DNA of 64,000 nucleotides from Candidatus Omnitrophota bacterium (GTDB lineage: Bacteria > Omnitrophota > Gorgyraeia > JAHJTE01), in the NCBI GenBank assembly GCA_018830005.1, contig JAHJTE010000001.1, forward strand, positions 257,332 to 321,331, read 5' to 3'. The translations under genes and the position numbers were made by a program. The notes below the pieces were generated by a model. That model was not told where the DNA came from. It did no database searches and worked only from the letters and a program-made list of their open reading frames with translations. Positions within the stretch are counted from its first letter, which is position 1. Each line of letters opens with the position of its first letter. Shown here in pieces: positions 61,492 to 64,000 of the stretch.

Positions 61492-61998
61492 ATGAAAAAT
61501 ATCTATCTTGTAGGATTTATGGGCACAGGGAAATCTGCCGTAGGTAGGAAGCTGGCAAATAAGATAGAATCAAAGTTCGTTGACCTAGATCATTTTATTG
61601 AGAAAGAACAAGGCAGAACAATTAAAGATATATTTTCCCGAAACGGTGAGTTTTATTTCCGGACTCTTGAGAAAGAGGCAGTTAAAGAGGTCTGTGGACT
61701 TGAGTCTGTTGTTATTGCCTGCGGAGGGGGAGTTGTACTTGATGATGAAAATATGCAGAATCTAAAAGGGAGCGGGATTGTTATTTGTTTGAATTCGCGT
61801 CCAGAGGTGATATTAAAACGTTGTAAGGGACACGCTCATCGACCACTTTTAAACGTTGATAATCCGCTTTTGCGGATTAAAGAATTGTTAAGCTTTCGCG
61901 CACCCTTTTATGCAAAGGCGCAATTTTCTATAGATACCTCTGATTTAACTGTTGAAGAGAGCGTTGAGGAGATTTATAAACAGATCAATAAACTATGA
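61492..61998 (+). CDS. aroK: Shikimate kinase
   Basis: GFMGTGKS, GEFYFR..E, GGG, RPLL. Confidence 0.95.
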   Translation: MKNIYLVGFMGTGKSAVGRKLANKIESKFVDLDHFIEKEQGRTIKDIFSRNGEFYFRTLEKEAVKEVCGLESVVIACGGGVVLDDENMQNLKGSGIVICLNSRPEVILKRCKGHAHRPLLNVDNPLLRIKELLSFRAPFYAKAQFSIDTSDLTVEESVEEIYKQINKL

Positions 61999-62921
61999 CT
62001 GAGTTAGAGGCAAAGATTGCCCTTAATATGCTACCGGAAATTGGTAGTATACGGATAAAAAAATTATTAGATTACTATAAAAGCGCTAAGGCAGTTATTG
62101 AGGCTTCCCCTTTGGAATTAAATCGAATCTGCTCCCTGCCAAAAAATAAGACATTTAATTTTAGCTCATCCTTTAAGAGCGTTAATTTAAAGAGAGAATT
62201 AGAACTTATTGAAAAACTTAAAGTTAATGTAATTTCAATTGATAACCCCGAATATCCCGAGCTTCTTAAGAATGTCTATGATCCGCCGCCAATACTATAT
62301 GCTAAGGGTAAATTGCCACAAAAATCTATTAATATTGCTATAGTAGGTTCACGCCGTGCCTCTGGCTACGGGTTAAAGATGGCTAAAAAATTATCCTATG
62401 AATTGGCTTCTTGTTCGATTACTATTGTTTCAGGAATGGCGCGCGGAATTGATACTGCAGCTCATAATGGCTCATTGCAGGCCAGGGGCCAGACCATTGC
62501 TGTTTTAGGAAGCGGCCTTTCATATATATATCCTCCGGAAAATAAAAACCTATTTGCCCAGATTGCTGAATCTGGCGCAGTTATCTCAGAGTTTCCAATG
62601 CAGACGAGGCCTAATCCAGGTAATTTTCCTCGCAGAAACAGAATTATCAGCGGTCTATCATTAGGGGTTTTAGTGGTTGAGGCAGCCAAACGCAGTGGGG
62701 CCTTAATAACTGCCCGTTGTGCGTTGGAGGAGGGAAGAGATGTCTTTGCTATTCCAGGAGAAGCAGATTCAGAAACCTCCTTGGGTACGAATCAGCTGAT
62801 TAAAGATGGGGCTAAGCTGGTTGATAGTTTTGAGGAAATCATTTCAGAACTTAATATTGATATCCGTACCTCTTTGTTAAAGGATAAAAAAGAAGCTGAA
62901 ACCAAGGCAGATATACCTTGA
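61995..62921 (+). CDS. dprA: DNA-processing protein DprA
   Basis: AIVGSR, SGMARGIDTAAH, FPRRNRIISG, SGALITA. Confidence 0.95.
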   Translation: MTELEAKIALNMLPEIGSIRIKKLLDYYKSAKAVIEASPLELNRICSLPKNKTFNFSSSFKSVNLKRELELIEKLKVNVISIDNPEYPELLKNVYDPPPILYAKGKLPQKSINIAIVGSRRASGYGLKMAKKLSYELASCSITIVSGMARGIDTAAHNGSLQARGQTIAVLGSGLSYIYPPENKNLFAQIAESGAVISEFPMQTRPNPGNFPRRNRIISGLSLGVLVVEAAKRSGALITARCALEEGRDVFAIPGEADSETSLGTNQLIKDGAKLVDSFEEIISELNIDIRTSLLKDKKEAETKADIP

Positions 62922-62948
62922 GTTTAGGATGAACCTACGAGGAGTCAG

Positions 62949-64000
62949 ATGGTTAAAAGAGAAAAGTCGTTAGTTATCGTTGAGTCGCCGACAAAGGCCA
63001 GGACAATATCTGCTATATTGGGCAATGATTTTGAGGTTGTTTCTTCAATGGGCCATGTTGTTGATTTGCCGCAGAAGAGCCTAGGTATAGATATAAAGGA
63101 TAATTTCAGACCTGATTTTGTAGTTATTCCGGGAAAAAATAAATTGTTAATGCAGTTAAAGAAAGAGGCCAAAACTAAAAAACATATCTATCTAGCCACA
63201 GATCCTGATCGCGAAGGTGAGGCAATAGGCTGGCATATAAAGTCCAAAATTGCAAACGCAAAAGATCCCAAGGATAAATTTTTAAGGGTGGTATTTCATG
63301 AGATTACTAAAGAGGCGGTCAGTGAATCGTTTTTACATCCTCAAAAACTAGATCGGGCAAAATTTGATGCCCAGCTTGCCCGCAGGATTTTAGACAGGAT
63401 TGTCGGTTATTTTTTAAGTCCGTTTCTCTGGCGAAAACTTGCCAGGGGCCTAAGTGCTGGTCGAGTCCAATCAGTTGCCCTACGTATTATTGTAGAGCGA
63501 GAGAGAGAGATTGCTAAGTTTACGCCGCAAGAATATTGGGAGATTGAGGCGAGATTAAGCAAGGAGGGAAAGGAAGATTTAGAAGGCCTTAATAAAGATG
63601 GTATTTTTAGCGCTAAGCTGGTTAAGATAGGCAAAGAGGTCCCAAAGATAACAGGCCATCTTCAGGCTGAATCAATAGCAGATGAAATTAAAAAAGAGGA
63701 GTTTAAAGTTTGCGATATAAAGGAGAATGAAAGAAAAAGATCAGCACTGGCTCCTTTTACTACTAGTTCCCTGCAGCAGGATGCATTTAATAGCCTGCGT
63801 TTCACAGCGCGCAAAACTATGATTATTGCTCAGCATCTTTATGAAGGAAAGGAGCTAGGTAAACTCGGGCCCACGGGTTTGATTACTTACATGCGAACTG
63901 ATTCTGTTAATGTTTCCCAGCAGGCCCTGTTTCAAGTAAGGGATTTTATAGTTAGTAACTTTGGTAGGGACTACCTTCCCCATAAACCAAATGCTTATAA
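62949..64000 (+). CDS. topA: DNA topoisomerase I, 3' truncated by window edge (not in ORF track)
   Basis: Hand translation: MVKREKSLVIVESPTKARTI, SMGHVVDLP, ATDPDREGEAI, SAGRVQS, ITYMRTDS. Confidence 0.95.
   Translation, partial: MVKREKSLVIVESPTKARTISAILGNDFEVVSSMGHVVDLPQKSLGIDIKDNFRPDFVVIPGKNKLLMQLKKEAKTKKHIYLATDPDREGEAIGWHIKSKIANAKDPKDKFLRVVFHEITKEAVSESFLHPQKLDRAKFDAQLARRILDRIVGYFLSPFLWRKLARGLSAGRVQSVALRIIVEREREIAKFTPQEYWEIEARLSKEGKEDLEGLNKDGIFSAKLVKIGKEVPKITGHLQAESIADEIKKEEFKVCDIKENERKRSALAPFTTSSLQQDAFNSLRFTARKTMIIAQHLYEGKELGKLGPTGLITYMRTDSVNVSQQALFQVRDFIVSNFGRDYLPHKPNAY

Noticed and set aside
1492-63634. Numerous short antisense or alternate-frame ORFs in the track (e.g. 1696..2121, 39111..39569, 44149..44631, 56437..56910, 62945..63172, 63407..63634)
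   Set aside because: They are shadows of well-supported genes on the opposite strand or frame, with no motifs or RBS

Overview
Bacterial chromosomal segment with almost every gene on the + strand. The organism is Gram-negative and LPS-producing, and the gene order is reminiscent of Candidatus Omnitrophota (inference only). Bases 1-32.3 kb are one long, AT-rich surface-polysaccharide locus. It carries a Wzy/ligase-like gene, two Wzx flippases, five GT4, two intact GT2 and two GT9 glycosyltransferases, five class I methyltransferases, two radical SAM enzymes, a DegT aminotransferase, WbqC, deacetylases, SGNH hydrolases, a WecA-like initiator and an ExeA-like ATPase. Inside it is an unusual cytidylyltransferase + GlpT/UhpT-family transporter + CDP-alcohol phosphotransferase trio. 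The locus also has four broken or remnant genes, one of which forms a 77-bp direct repeat around a GT4 gene. Bases 32.4-64 kb are housekeeping: a 57-aa membrane ORF missed by the ORF track, Lrp + aminotransferase, lpxB and an oxidoreductase divergent from msbA, rpsB-tsf-pyrH-frr, three tRNAs, PTS genes, metK-ahcY-pfkA-fba, ilvDBNC-leuA, aroE-pilD-aroC, aroK-dprA and a truncated topA. No CRISPR array, rRNA, transposase or integrase was seen. All product calls come from motif recognition, not database searches.
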